NCBI GenBank assembly: GCA_963835065.1 | Contig: CAWIEK010000063.1 | Coordinates: 1 to 64,000 of the forward strand | DNA: 64,000 nucleotides | Source: an uncultured Chthonomonadaceae bacterium | GTDB taxonomy: Bacteria; Armatimonadota; Chthonomonadetes; Chthonomonadales; Chthonomonadaceae | Direction: 5' to 3' | In this document: positions 18,783 through 28,929 of the stretch, in pieces | Layout of the letters: each line of letters begins with the position of its first letter | Position numbering within the stretch: position 1 is the first letter of the stretch | Made by a program: the position numbers and the translations under genes | Notes under the pieces: model-generated | Databases searched by the model: none | The model's input: only the letters and a program-made list of their open reading frames with translations | What the model was told of the DNA's origin: nothing

Positions 18783-20762
18783 ATGGAGCTGACTCTTGCG
18801 CCCGTTCGCGCGGAATTGCCGACGCGAACGCTGCTGCATTTGATGGCTTTGGCGCGGGAAGGGGATCGCCGCGAAGGCATCCTGCTGCGCCAGAGCAAAG
18901 GCTGGTTTCAGGTATCGGGCACGGGACACGAGGCGCTGGCTGCGCTGATGTTTGCGCTGCGCCCCGACGATTATCTGTTTCCCTATTACCGGGATCGCGC
19001 GCTCGCCCTGGCGCGGGGCGTGTCCAACTACGATTTGGCGCTTGCGTATTTCGCCAAACGGGACAGCAGCAGCGGCGGGCGGCAAATGCCCGGCCATATC
19101 AGCGACCGAGAACGCAACATCTTTTCCGTCGCCACACCCACCGCCTCGCAATGCCTGCCCGCTGTCGGCGCGGCGTGGGGTTTTCGGATGGAGGGAAGCG
19201 ATCAGGTTGTCGTCACGACAATCGGGGATGCGGCCACGCGGCAGGGGGAGTTTTACGAAGCGCTTGCGTTCGCGCTGCAGGAAAATCTGCCCGTCCTTTT
19301 TGTCATTGAAGACAACCGCTACGGCATCAGCACCCCGACTGCCAAATTCTTCCCCTATAATCTGGGCGCGTTGGGCGAGGATAGCCTGATCCGCATAGAC
19401 GCCCGCGATCCCTCTCTTGTTTACGAAGCCGGTAAGAAATGGGTGGCGGGCGCGCGCAGGGGAGCCGGTCCTGCCGTGCTGTGGTGCGAACTGGACAGGC
19501 TGTGTTCGCACACCAGCAGCGACGATCAGCGCTTGTACCGCGCCATTGAAGACCTTTCCTGCGACGCGGAGCGCGACCCTATCGAGATGCTGGTTCGCCG
19601 CCTGATACGGGAAGGCGCCTTGACACTGGAAGAATGGGAAGCGGAACAGATAGAAATCGCGCGGCAGGTGGATGCCGAGTACCGCGCGGCGGAAACGGCT
19701 GCCGACCCCGACCCTGGCGACGTGATGACGCACCTGTTCGGCCCCGCGACGCCGCTTGTGCCGCCGCCCGTGCGCTTTTCAGGCGAGATCACGATGGTGG
19801 GCGCGGTCAATCAAACGCTGGCGAAGGCGCTGGAAGAAGACCCGCGCGTCCTGATGCTGGGCGAAGACATTGAAGACCCCAAGGGCGGCGTCTTCGGCCT
19901 GACCAAAGGGCTGTCGAAGCAGTTTCCCGGCAGGGTCGTCAACGCGCCTCTGGCTGAAGCGACGATTGTGGGCGCGGCAGTAGGACTGGCAAGCGTGGGC
20001 TGGAAACCCGTGTTCGAGGTACAGTTCATAGATTTTCTATGCCCCGCGCTCAACCAACTGATGACGCAGGTGGCGTCCCTGCGCTGGCGGACATGCGGCG
20101 CGTGGGCGTGTCCCATGACGCTGATCGCTCCATACGGCGCGTACCTGCCGGGCGGCAGCCTGTGGCACAGCGAAAGCAACGAGGGGATGTGGGCGCACAT
20201 TCACGGCCTGAACGTTGTGGTTCCCAGTACGGCGGAGGACGCGGCGGGACTGTTGTGGACGGCCATTCAGGGCAACGATCCCACGCTGTTTTTGCTGCCC
20301 AAGCATATTTTCCGCAAGCGCGCGCCCGCCAATCCCAACCCTGAAGCGATTCCATTAGGGCAGGCGATTGTCCGGCGAACGGGCGAGGATGTCACGCTTG
20401 TCGCGTGGGGCAACTGCCTGGAACTGGCCGAAGAAGCCGCCGACCATGCGCAGGACGAAGGCGTGTCCGTGGAAATCATTGACCTGCGCTGCATCGCGCC
20501 CTGCGATTACGCCACCATCGAAACGTCGCTGCGGCATACAGGGCGGCTGGTTGTGGTGCAGGAAGACGGGCGCACAACCGGCTTCGGGCAATGCCTGATT
20601 ACGGAAATGACGGCCTACCCGGAGCGTTTCAACTTGTTCCTGTCTTCGCCGCAACTGGTCGCCCGCAAGGACACGCACATTCCTTACAACCCCATATTGG
20701 AATACGCCGTCCTTCCCGATTTGCAGCAAGTTCTCGCGGCTATTCGGGTAACTATGGAGTAG
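18783..20762 (+). CDS. 2-oxoacid (2-oxoisovalerate/pyruvate) dehydrogenase E1, fused alpha+beta subunits
   Basis: GHEA, YYRDR, TPP motif GDAATRQGEFYEAL...EDN, HTSSDD, GEDI...GGVF, PLAEATIVG, IIDLR. Confidence 0.92.
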   Translation: MELTLAPVRAELPTRTLLHLMALAREGDRREGILLRQSKGWFQVSGTGHEALAALMFALRPDDYLFPYYRDRALALARGVSNYDLALAYFAKRDSSSGGRQMPGHISDRERNIFSVATPTASQCLPAVGAAWGFRMEGSDQVVVTTIGDAATRQGEFYEALAFALQENLPVLFVIEDNRYGISTPTAKFFPYNLGALGEDSLIRIDARDPSLVYEAGKKWVAGARRGAGPAVLWCELDRLCSHTSSDDQRLYRAIEDLSCDAERDPIEMLVRRLIREGALTLEEWEAEQIEIARQVDAEYRAAETAADPDPGDVMTHLFGPATPLVPPPVRFSGEITMVGAVNQTLAKALEEDPRVLMLGEDIEDPKGGVFGLTKGLSKQFPGRVVNAPLAEATIVGAAVGLASVGWKPVFEVQFIDFLCPALNQLMTQVASLRWRTCGAWACPMTLIAPYGAYLPGGSLWHSESNEGMWAHIHGLNVVVPSTAEDAAGLLWTAIQGNDPTLFLLPKHIFRKRAPANPNPEAIPLGQAIVRRTGEDVTLVAWGNCLELAEEAADHAQDEGVSVEIIDLRCIAPCDYATIETSLRHTGRLVVVQEDGRTTGFGQCLITEMTAYPERFNLFLSSPQLVARKDTHIPYNPILEYAVLPDLQQVLAAIRVTME

Positions 20763-20846
20763 AAAAACACGGCAGTGTTGGATTGTGCCGCCAAATGAGG
20801 GTAGAAACTAGAACCCTGAAACCCACCAGAAACGAAGGTTCGCGCA

Positions 20847-22055
20847 ATGCCCGATTCCACGTTTTTAACCAGAGTCACGCTGACAAACTACAAGAGCATC
20901 GCGCATTGTGACGTGCAAATGCGCCCGCTCATGTTCCTTGTCGGACCAAACGACGCGGGTAAAAGCAACTTTCTCGACGCTTTGCGCTTCGTATCGGATG
21001 CGCTCAATACCTCATTGGATCATGCCATTCAGCAACGCGGCGGTATTGAGAGAGTAATTGTCACACATCTGGTGATAACTTCTCATCATCCGCTTGGAAT
21101 TCCAATTGCCAAGGGGTGAAACAGGATATTACACCTTTGCATTGGAACAAATGGAAGCGAAGCAGCACAATGCTGACTGAAGAGTGTCGGGACATTTACT
21201 CCTGGTGTGCCCACAATGAATCCTATTTTCGCGTGGAAAATAGAGACGTGATAAGTAGCGAACCAATCATGCCGGTTGCCTCTGAAATCGTCTTTACCTT
21301 GTTGCGGTTTCCGCTCTTCCCGCTTTCCGTCCCGTATACGAAGCCTTTATGCGCATGGCATTCTACAATCTGAACCCGGAGAAGATGCGAGATTTACAGC
21401 AGACCGATTGGGGAACATTGTTGTCCCATGATGGCGGTAATATTACGAGCGTCCTAGAAAAAATAATCGGCTATACACCTAATACCAAGCGGCGCATTAT
21501 AGAATATCTGGGGGCCATTGTTCCAAGCATTATGCGCGTGAACATAGAAGACTATGGGCCGAAAGAGAGTTTGATATTTACAAAGCGATTAACCGAGGGT
21601 ATGCAACATCGGCATTTTCCGGCATCCATTATGTCATACGGCACGTTACGCGCTCTTGGCATACTCGTTGCTTTGTTTCAAACCAATGGGACAGAAGCGT
21701 TCTGGTGCCGCTTGTTGGGATTGAGGAGCCGGAAACCGCGCTGCATCCCGCCGCTGTCGCCGTTCTGCTGGACGCGCTGGAAGAGGCGAGCCTGACGCGG
21801 CAGGTGCTGATTACCAGCCATAGCGCCGACCTGCTGGACAACAAGCGCATTGATCCCGACGCCCTGCTTGCCGTTGCCGCGCGGGATGGCAAAACAGAAA
21901 TCGGGCCGATTGATAAAGCTAGCCGTTCGGTATTGCGCGATCATCTGTTTACGGCAGGAGAAATGCTCCGCATGAGTCAGTTTGCCCCGGATACAAACGC
22001 TCAGTCTTCCGAAACGGCAGACAGGTCGCCACTCCCGGACGAACACGCCGCATGA
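20847..22055 (+). pseudogene. AAA_21/ABC-type ATPase, fragmented
   Basis: Fragments: LTNYKSI..LVGPNDAGKSNFLDAL; MSYGTLRAL; IEEPETALHP..LITSHSADLLD. Several frameshifts plus motif substitutions. Confidence 0.85.
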
Positions 22056-22433
22056 AACGGGTCAACCTTGCCTGTATTGTGGAAGGGGAAGGCGACGCGA
22101 AGGCCGTTCCCATTCTGGCGCGACGCATTGCGCGCGAGATTGATCCCGCCGTATATCTGAACACGCCTGACGAAGCGATCCGCGTACCCCGGGGTAAAAT
22201 TGTCAAACCGGGTGAATTGGATCGGTATGTTACGCTGGCGGCAGCGGAAAAAAACACGGACGGGGCGCGGCGCGAAAGAGTGGCTGCGCAGACACATGGA
22301 AGGCAGCCGCTCGTACAAAGAAACGGTGGATCAGCCCGCCCTGACACGGCTATTTGATCTCACCGCCGCCCGCCAAACCGCCTCCTTCGACAAACTCTGG
22401 CGCGACATGGAGCGGCTTCTTACCGAACTGTAA
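22052..22433 (+). pseudogene. DUF4276-family (TOPRIM-like) protein with internal deletion
   Basis: N-terminal CIVEGEGD..AVP.L.RR and C-terminal RGAKEWL...Y.ETVDQPAL...SFDKL.R in different frames; middle missing; ATGA overlap with ATPase. Confidence 0.75.
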
Positions 22434-22497
22434 CCGCAACGTTTCGAGCAGGAATTTCCCGCTTGTCCTGTGAAACACTATTGCAGAAAAATTGATT

Positions 22498-24207
22498 ATG
22501 TCCACTATTAGAACTGTAAACTTGTTATGGGAAAAACGCATACGCCAGACGTACCCGGTTTCGCGCTACGCCCTGCGTGACGATGGGGGCGTAATGCTGG
22601 CCGTGCCGCGCCCGCTGGAAGCCCGCGCGTATGATCGCGCTTTATTGCTGCCGGATGGCGCAACCGAAACACAGAGCGGGTTTTCGGTGGAAACGCTGCT
22701 CAAGCTGGAACTGACGCCCAACGCCGACAACGGGCTGGGCATGACCAGCGATGACATTTATCTGTTTCGGGAAAGCGGCAAGGAGCGGTTCATGGGCGAG
22801 CGGCATCAATTGTACGTGGATGCCGTGATGGATGAAACCGGGCGGAACTTGTTTGCCGCGTATTCCGATATGTCGGGCACGAACTTTGCACTGGCGTATG
22901 GCAGCATCAAGGGAACCGTAGGTTGGACGGCGGAAATCGAGGGCGTATTGACCACGCTTGCCATTTCGCGGCAGGGCAACCGGGTGGCGGCGGGCGTGGA
23001 GCATGGTGTAATTTTGCTCAAAGATGCCAGTCGGCGCGACGTGTGGGAGTTCGGGGTTGGGGAGCCGATCAGCGCGCTGGCGTGTTCGCGCGATGGCGTG
23101 TGGATCGCGTATGGCACGAGCGAAGGCAGCATCGGCCTGGTGGATGGCGACGGCGTACGCAAATGGGACGCGACCCTGCCCGGCGCGATTTCCGGCCTTG
23201 CGCTGTCGGGAGATGGAACCATTTGCGCCGTGTTGTGTCGCCCGCGCCTGGAGCCGAACAACGTTCTGCTGGCCTGCATCGGCGCGACGGGGCAGATAGA
23301 CTGGCAGTACGCTTCGGAGCAAATGCTGCTCGGCCTGTCGCTTTCGGATAACGGGCAATTTTTGGCGACAGGGACGCGCAACGGCACGACAGCCGTGTAC
23401 AAAGTCGTGGTTGGGGAGGGCGCGGCGGCGGGAATATTGCAAACGGGCGGGCGCTCTCTGGCGCAGGCATACGCGATGGCGCAGGCAGGCGATTTGCATG
23501 GCGCGGCCCGCGTCCTCCAAATCGCGCTGGAAGCCGATCCCGCGAACGTAGAAGTGTACGAGGCGTGGACAGCGCAGCGCGAAGCGTGGATGACAAACGC
23601 CCTTCAGACGGCGCAAGCGCAGGCGGAGCAGGGCGATGCTATAGGCGCAATCATGGCATTGGAAACCTTGCTGCGCGACGACCCCTTGCGTTCCGATGTC
23701 ATTGCCGCGCTTGCCGACGCCACAAAACAGCGTGTGCGCCAATTGCAAGAGCAGGCGCACGCGCTGATCGGGCAGGAGCAGGAAGATGCAGCCGAGGCCG
23801 CGCTCTTGGACGCCCTCAAAGTGTCGCCGTTCGATTCGCGCGAAATTCGCTCGCAATTGGGAAGTTTGCGGACCCGGCGCAGTGGCGCGGCGGATGCGCT
23901 GGCGGATGCGTTGCTGGCGGAAGGCAAATTGGAAGAAGGCGTAGCCGCCCTGGAACGCGCGCAGGCGGTAAACCCGACCCCCGAACGCGCCGAAAAACTG
24001 CTGCGCGCGCAAACGGCAATGGAGTTCGGGGCGGGCATGGCCGCGTACAACGCCAAAGAGTACCGCGAAGCCGTGTTCCAGTTCAAGAAAGTCCTCGCCC
24101 GCGACCCGCAGCACGCCGAAGCCCGCCGGTATCTGGGCTTCGCGCAGCGTTTCGCGCAGGGCACCTCCAACGAAACCCTCAACGACCGCTTCAGCCGCCT
24201 GGAATAG
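22498..24207 (+). CDS. beta-propeller (WD40/PQQ-like) plus TPR protein
   Basis: repeated ..W....G.I..LA.S.DG.. blades; C-terminal TPR (AVFQFKKVLARDPQHAEA). Confidence 0.75.
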   Translation: MSTIRTVNLLWEKRIRQTYPVSRYALRDDGGVMLAVPRPLEARAYDRALLLPDGATETQSGFSVETLLKLELTPNADNGLGMTSDDIYLFRESGKERFMGERHQLYVDAVMDETGRNLFAAYSDMSGTNFALAYGSIKGTVGWTAEIEGVLTTLAISRQGNRVAAGVEHGVILLKDASRRDVWEFGVGEPISALACSRDGVWIAYGTSEGSIGLVDGDGVRKWDATLPGAISGLALSGDGTICAVLCRPRLEPNNVLLACIGATGQIDWQYASEQMLLGLSLSDNGQFLATGTRNGTTAVYKVVVGEGAAAGILQTGGRSLAQAYAMAQAGDLHGAARVLQIALEADPANVEVYEAWTAQREAWMTNALQTAQAQAEQGDAIGAIMALETLLRDDPLRSDVIAALADATKQRVRQLQEQAHALIGQEQEDAAEAALLDALKVSPFDSREIRSQLGSLRTRRSGAADALADALLAEGKLEEGVAALERAQAVNPTPERAEKLLRAQTAMEFGAGMAAYNAKEYREAVFQFKKVLARDPQHAEARRYLGFAQRFAQGTSNETLNDRFSRLE

Positions 24208-24244
24208 CGCGCTCATGACAGTAATCAAAAGGATGGAAAACGGT

Positions 24245-25768
24245 ATGAGCAACCCTTTGTTTGCCCGAAAACCACTGGAAATGCTGCTGAAGGAAGTGGA
24301 AGGCGAAAAAGGCAAGGTTCAATTGAACCGCGTCCTCAGTCCTGTCGCTTTGACCGGCCTGGGCGTGGGCGCGATTATCGGGACAGGCATCTTTGTGCTG
24401 ACGGGCGTGGCCGCGCATGACAAAACAGGGCCGGCTCTGATCCTCTCCTTCATTGCCGCCGGCCTGGCCTGCATCTTTGCCGCGCTTTGTTACTCCGAAT
24501 TTGCCGCGATGGTTCCTGTCGCAGGGTCGGCGTATACCTATGCGTATGCCACGCTGGGAGAGATGATGGCCTGGATCATCGGATGGGACCTTGTCCTCGA
24601 ATACGCGGTTTCCGCGGCGGCGGTGGCGCACGGCTGGTCCAAATACTTTCAGGCGTTTATCGGCATTTTTCACGTACGCCTGCCGCATCTGGTGGCGACG
24701 GCTCCTTTCGACTATGATCCCGCGCGGGGCCGGATGCAGCCGACGGGCGCGTTTTTCGATCTGCCGGCGATCTTTATTACCGCTCTGCTCACGCTCGTAC
24801 TGGTCAAGGGCGTCAAGGAAAGCGTCAAATTCAATTCCATCATGGTGTTTGTCAAGTTAGCCATTGTCGCCTTCGTCATTGTCGTAGGCGCTTTTTATGT
24901 TCACCCGGCGAACTGGCATCCTTTTGCGCCTTATGGCTACTCCGGCGTGAGTTTTTTCGGCAAAACGCTGTTCGGGCAGACGGGCAAAGGCGGGGAGCCG
25001 CTGGGTATGCTGGCCGGGGCCGGTATTATCTTCTTCGCGTACATCGGCTTCAACTCCATTTCCACCCACGCCGAAGAAGCCAAAAACCCACAGCGCGATG
25101 TTCCTATCGCCATCCTTGTTTCGCTGGTTTTGTGTACCATACTCTACATTCTGGTTTCTGCCGTCTTGACCGGAATGATTCCCTACAATAAAATCAATGT
25201 GGACGCGCCTGTCTCGGATGCTTTCCGGCAGGTGGGCTTGCCCTGGGCAGAACTGCTTATTTCCGTGGGCGCGGTTGCGGGAATCACGTCCGTACTGCTG
25301 GTAACGATGCTCAGTCAGCCGCGCATTTTGCTGGCGATGGGGCGTGACGGCCTGCTGCCCAAAAGTTTCTTTGGCGCCGTACATCCGCGCTTTCATACGC
25401 CCTGGAAATCAACCATTCTGACGGGCGTTTTCGTCGCGTTGCTGTCGGCTTTTCTGCCCCTGCGCGTGTTGGCCGACCTGGTAAGCATCGGGACGCTGCT
25501 GGCGTTCGTGATTGTATGCGCCGCCGTGCTGATTATGCGCCACACGCACCCGGAAACCAAGCGTCCCTTTCGCGCGCCCCTCGTGCCCCTTGTGCCGATT
25601 TTGGGCATGGCGACGTGCCTGCTGCTGATGTTTTCGCTGCCGGTAGAAAACTGGGTACGCTTGTTTGTATGGCTGGCCGTTGGCATGATGATTTACTTCG
25701 GGTATGGCAGGCATCACAGCATTATGTCGCGCGATAGCGTGTTGGCGGAAGAAAGCGAAGGAGACTAA
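24245..25768 (+). CDS. APC-family amino acid permease
   Basis: LGVGAIIGTGIF, YSEFAAMVPVAGSAYTY, EEAKNPQRDVP, many TMs. Confidence 0.93.
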   Translation: MSNPLFARKPLEMLLKEVEGEKGKVQLNRVLSPVALTGLGVGAIIGTGIFVLTGVAAHDKTGPALILSFIAAGLACIFAALCYSEFAAMVPVAGSAYTYAYATLGEMMAWIIGWDLVLEYAVSAAAVAHGWSKYFQAFIGIFHVRLPHLVATAPFDYDPARGRMQPTGAFFDLPAIFITALLTLVLVKGVKESVKFNSIMVFVKLAIVAFVIVVGAFYVHPANWHPFAPYGYSGVSFFGKTLFGQTGKGGEPLGMLAGAGIIFFAYIGFNSISTHAEEAKNPQRDVPIAILVSLVLCTILYILVSAVLTGMIPYNKINVDAPVSDAFRQVGLPWAELLISVGAVAGITSVLLVTMLSQPRILLAMGRDGLLPKSFFGAVHPRFHTPWKSTILTGVFVALLSAFLPLRVLADLVSIGTLLAFVIVCAAVLIMRHTHPETKRPFRAPLVPLVPILGMATCLLLMFSLPVENWVRLFVWLAVGMMIYFGYGRHHSIMSRDSVLAEESEGD

Positions 25769-26278
25769 ATGGAGCCGAAGACCGAGCTGGAACTGTGCCG
25801 AATGCTGCTGATCATGCACCTGCGCGGATTTGTTTATGAACTGCGCCAACTGCCCGCCGATAAGTGGGATTGGACGCCCGATCAGGCCGCGCCGACGGCG
25901 CGTACCGTTGCGGTTCATGCGTGGCAATGGCTGATTTGCGACCGGCAGCACATCGAGGAACCGGATGCGGCCAAACACGCCGATGTGCCGGACGCGCCCC
26001 ACGACCCGGAAGCCTTTTGCGCGGCCTTTGAAGCGGAAACGGAAAATTGGAACCAATTGCTGCGCGCGCTGACGCCCGAACAGCTTGACTGGAGCGGGCG
26101 GCAATTTAATATTGCGGAAGCCCCCATGAACACGCGCGGCTTCATCGGCCATGTCATTCAAAACACGATTTACAAACATGGGCAGTTCAGCACGCTGTTT
26201 TTCGCGCTCGGACTGGACGGCATGGAGCCGTATGACGCGCCCTTTCCCAACCCCATTTATGCGGAGCATTGCCGTTAA
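25769..26278 (+). CDS. DinB-family protein
   Basis: WDWTP..AAPT.R..A.H; H......Y.HGQ. Confidence 0.7.
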   Translation: MEPKTELELCRMLLIMHLRGFVYELRQLPADKWDWTPDQAAPTARTVAVHAWQWLICDRQHIEEPDAAKHADVPDAPHDPEAFCAAFEAETENWNQLLRALTPEQLDWSGRQFNIAEAPMNTRGFIGHVIQNTIYKHGQFSTLFFALGLDGMEPYDAPFPNPIYAEHCR

Positions 26279-26310
26279 TTCAAAGCAGATTGTCAAGTTG
26301 GGAGGAAATG

Positions 26311-26904
26311 ATGCAGACATGGACGCGGAGGGGTTTGTCGGCTGTCGGCTTGTTGGGAGTCGTAAGCCTGAGTTTCTTGGGCGGATGTGGCGGCGGAACC
26401 GGGGCGATTGTCACTCACAGGGTTGTCCTGGCCCCAACGGAAACTTATAAGGGCAGCGACGCCGACCCTAACTTGCACGGGTTTCTTGTCAGCTATCCCA
26501 TCAATATTGGCTATGCAATTAACGTCAGCGTGAATGGCGTACCGCTCAATCGTGCAGACTACGGCGTGGATATGTACGCTCACTCTCTGCTGCGGCTGCG
26601 GCAGGCGGTTGCCCCGGACGCGACGGTAACTGTTCAATACACGTCGGACGAAATGAACAAGGAGCAATTCGCGGTTACGCAGGCATCGCAAACCACGTTC
26701 CACCTGTCCGATTCGGCGTTGAGTTTGTCGCTGCAAGTGGAAACCATCGGGGCGGACGGAACCAAAACGCTTACTCGCTTATCCGACAGCGAAGTGGGAT
26801 TCCCGGACAATTCAACGCGGGCTGTGCATATAACCCATGCGCTGCCGGTCCCTTCCACGCTGTTTGTGTACTATGTGCCCGGCGTACAAACCGGCGAATA
26901 CTGA
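26311..26904 (+). CDS. hypothetical lipoprotein
   Basis: GGAGG RBS; lipobox LGGC. Confidence 0.65.
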   Translation: MQTWTRRGLSAVGLLGVVSLSFLGGCGGGTGAIVTHRVVLAPTETYKGSDADPNLHGFLVSYPINIGYAINVSVNGVPLNRADYGVDMYAHSLLRLRQAVAPDATVTVQYTSDEMNKEQFAVTQASQTTFHLSDSALSLSLQVETIGADGTKTLTRLSDSEVGFPDNSTRAVHITHALPVPSTLFVYYVPGVQTGEY

Positions 26905-27011
26905 GTGTTGAGCCGACAGGACGCAGGCTTGCGCGCCTGCGTTTCTGCGGATAGAATGTGGAAGCGCGCAGAAGTTGTTAAGGCAGTTCAGGTTCACTCG
27001 TAAATCTGAAC

Positions 27012-27041
27012 TTGACTTTGCGCAACCCGGCAGGGTATACT
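27012..27041 (+). promoter_or_regulatory. sigma70-type promoter for tRNA
   Basis: TTGACT-18-TATACT about 100 nt upstream of tRNA. Confidence 0.55.
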
Positions 27042-27139
27042 TTTATAGTCGGCCTGCAACAAACAACGTCCATTTGCTGTCAGGAAAAGCAGAGGCCACA
27101 CCAACACACTTCACCATCCGCAAAAGTGTTGGCACATAC

Positions 27140-27212
<73 letters not shown>

Positions 27213-27294
27213 TTAACCCATTAGTAATGACTCCTTAACGCTTGTTGAGAGTTGTCGCTCCGACACTCTGAACCTGATGAAGAGGAGAACTCAG

Positions 27295-27951
27295 ATGGTC
27301 ACGGATTTTACCCCTCTCCCCTGAGATGAAGCCCTCTACAGATTCATTCGCCACCTCAAAGGCACGTCCCGCGCTCCAAAGACGGTACGTTTCTACCAGA
27401 CCCAACTCACCACACTTGTCCATTGGGCAGACGACGCTCACATTCCTCTGCATACGTTCGGGAAACGTTCCCTTGACAACTACCTTGTGTGGCGTCAAGA
27501 GAGCGGAAACACGATCAGCGGAAAGCCACTCGCGCAGACAACCCTCCACAGCGACGCGCTATGCGCCAAGGTCTTTATGAAGTACTGCTCCCGCTATGAT
27601 CTCATTCCTCGCAACTTGCTGGCCGATTACGCGGTCAGGAGCGCTCCCAAGCCCCACAAGTACATGCCAAGCGAGGGTAACATGAGCGCCCATCTCGACG
27701 CCATCCACAACTACTGGGACGAAGAGAAGAACCGGAGCGTTCGGGTGTTTCCTTCCACGCGGCGCAGCTTCCACCGGGGGCGCAACTACGCCATTATCAT
27801 GACGCTCCTGGACAGTGCCTGTCGCATCGGCGAAGTTCTCTCATTGAAGGTTACTGATCTTCAGCAGGTCACGGTTCAGGTGAAGGGAAAAGACAAGAGC
27901 CAGTGGCGAATGAGAACAATCAGGAAGGGACCTTGCGGACAACGAATGTAG
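27295..27951 (+). pseudogene. tyrosine recombinase remnant
   Basis: RNYAIIMTLLDSACRIGEVLSLKVTDL (box I Arg); no C-terminal H-x-x-R or Tyr; 5' boundary approximate. Confidence 0.75.
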
Positions 27952-28929
27952 AGGAAAGATTGTGGATGTCATTCGCTCCGTCTCTGGCCTAACTTGATGG
28001 TCGCCAGAAGACGGGTCAGGTTAATGCAACTTGCCTTGCGATGTTCAACCCATGACCAAAAACCTGCGTATCCTCAATCTACTACGTTCGTTGCGTCCCT
28101 CCGAAACAGCTCTTCTGGACTGGCTGGAGCCACGCCTTGACGACACATCTTGATGAGATCGCGGCTGCCGATTATGGGTATGAGTGGGAGGCAAACTTTC
28201 AGGCGCTCAAATGCATTCACCATCCAGAAGTTAGACAGCAGATGCGGAAGCAGGCAAGGAAGCAAGGAAGCAAGCAGGCCGCGCGTACGTATGGCTGGTG
28301 CGTCAGTAGGCGATCCATGTGACGCAGGCGGCAGGACAGAGCAATCCGAACTGCCGTGTACTCCTCGGTGTGCCCACGCATAGCGTGGGACTGCCTTCGC
28401 ACAATCTGAAGGCGGGAAACCTTACAATGGCTCTGCGGGGCGTACGTGAGGGGCTAGACGATCCCGGAGCCGCTCCTTCCGCTTTTATCGGTGTGTCGCC
28501 GTTCGCGGACTATACCACCTCTGCGCAGGACTGGCACACGTATGAAACTCTCTGGCGGGCTCCCGAGCGTTCCCGACCCTGAACGTCTTGAAGTGCCCCA
28601 ATACGAACTATATACCCGCATCGCATTTCCACCCCCTATGCTTACACCAACTTGCTGGCCGATTCCAGGAACCTCTTGACAAACTTCTGGAGAAAGCGCG
28701 CCGTAGGGAAGCCTTCCGTAACATTGATGTACAAAGGAGGTCTAAATGCGTGTACAACGTAACGAACACGCGACATCATTATGCATCTGTCTTCGCCGAT
28801 ACGGATACTCTATACAACGTGAAAGCAGTATGGAATCGTGCAATACCGTAACGGTCATCGAGGCATCCCGATGATCGCGCCATCGTACGATACCTGGAGA
28901 GAGTTGCCGGTTTATACAGGAACCAGAAT

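Noticed and set aside
22642..24315. Long antisense ORFs (also 615-1529, 5421-6500, 10973-12079, 15709-17055, 49373-50329, 54133-56010)
   Set aside because: Shadow frames opposite well-supported GC-rich genes, with no motifs.
27960..28900. Small ORFs in island gaps (also 33650-34230 and 39600-40010)
   Set aside because: Short, overlapping and motif-free; probably decayed fragments that cannot be assigned.
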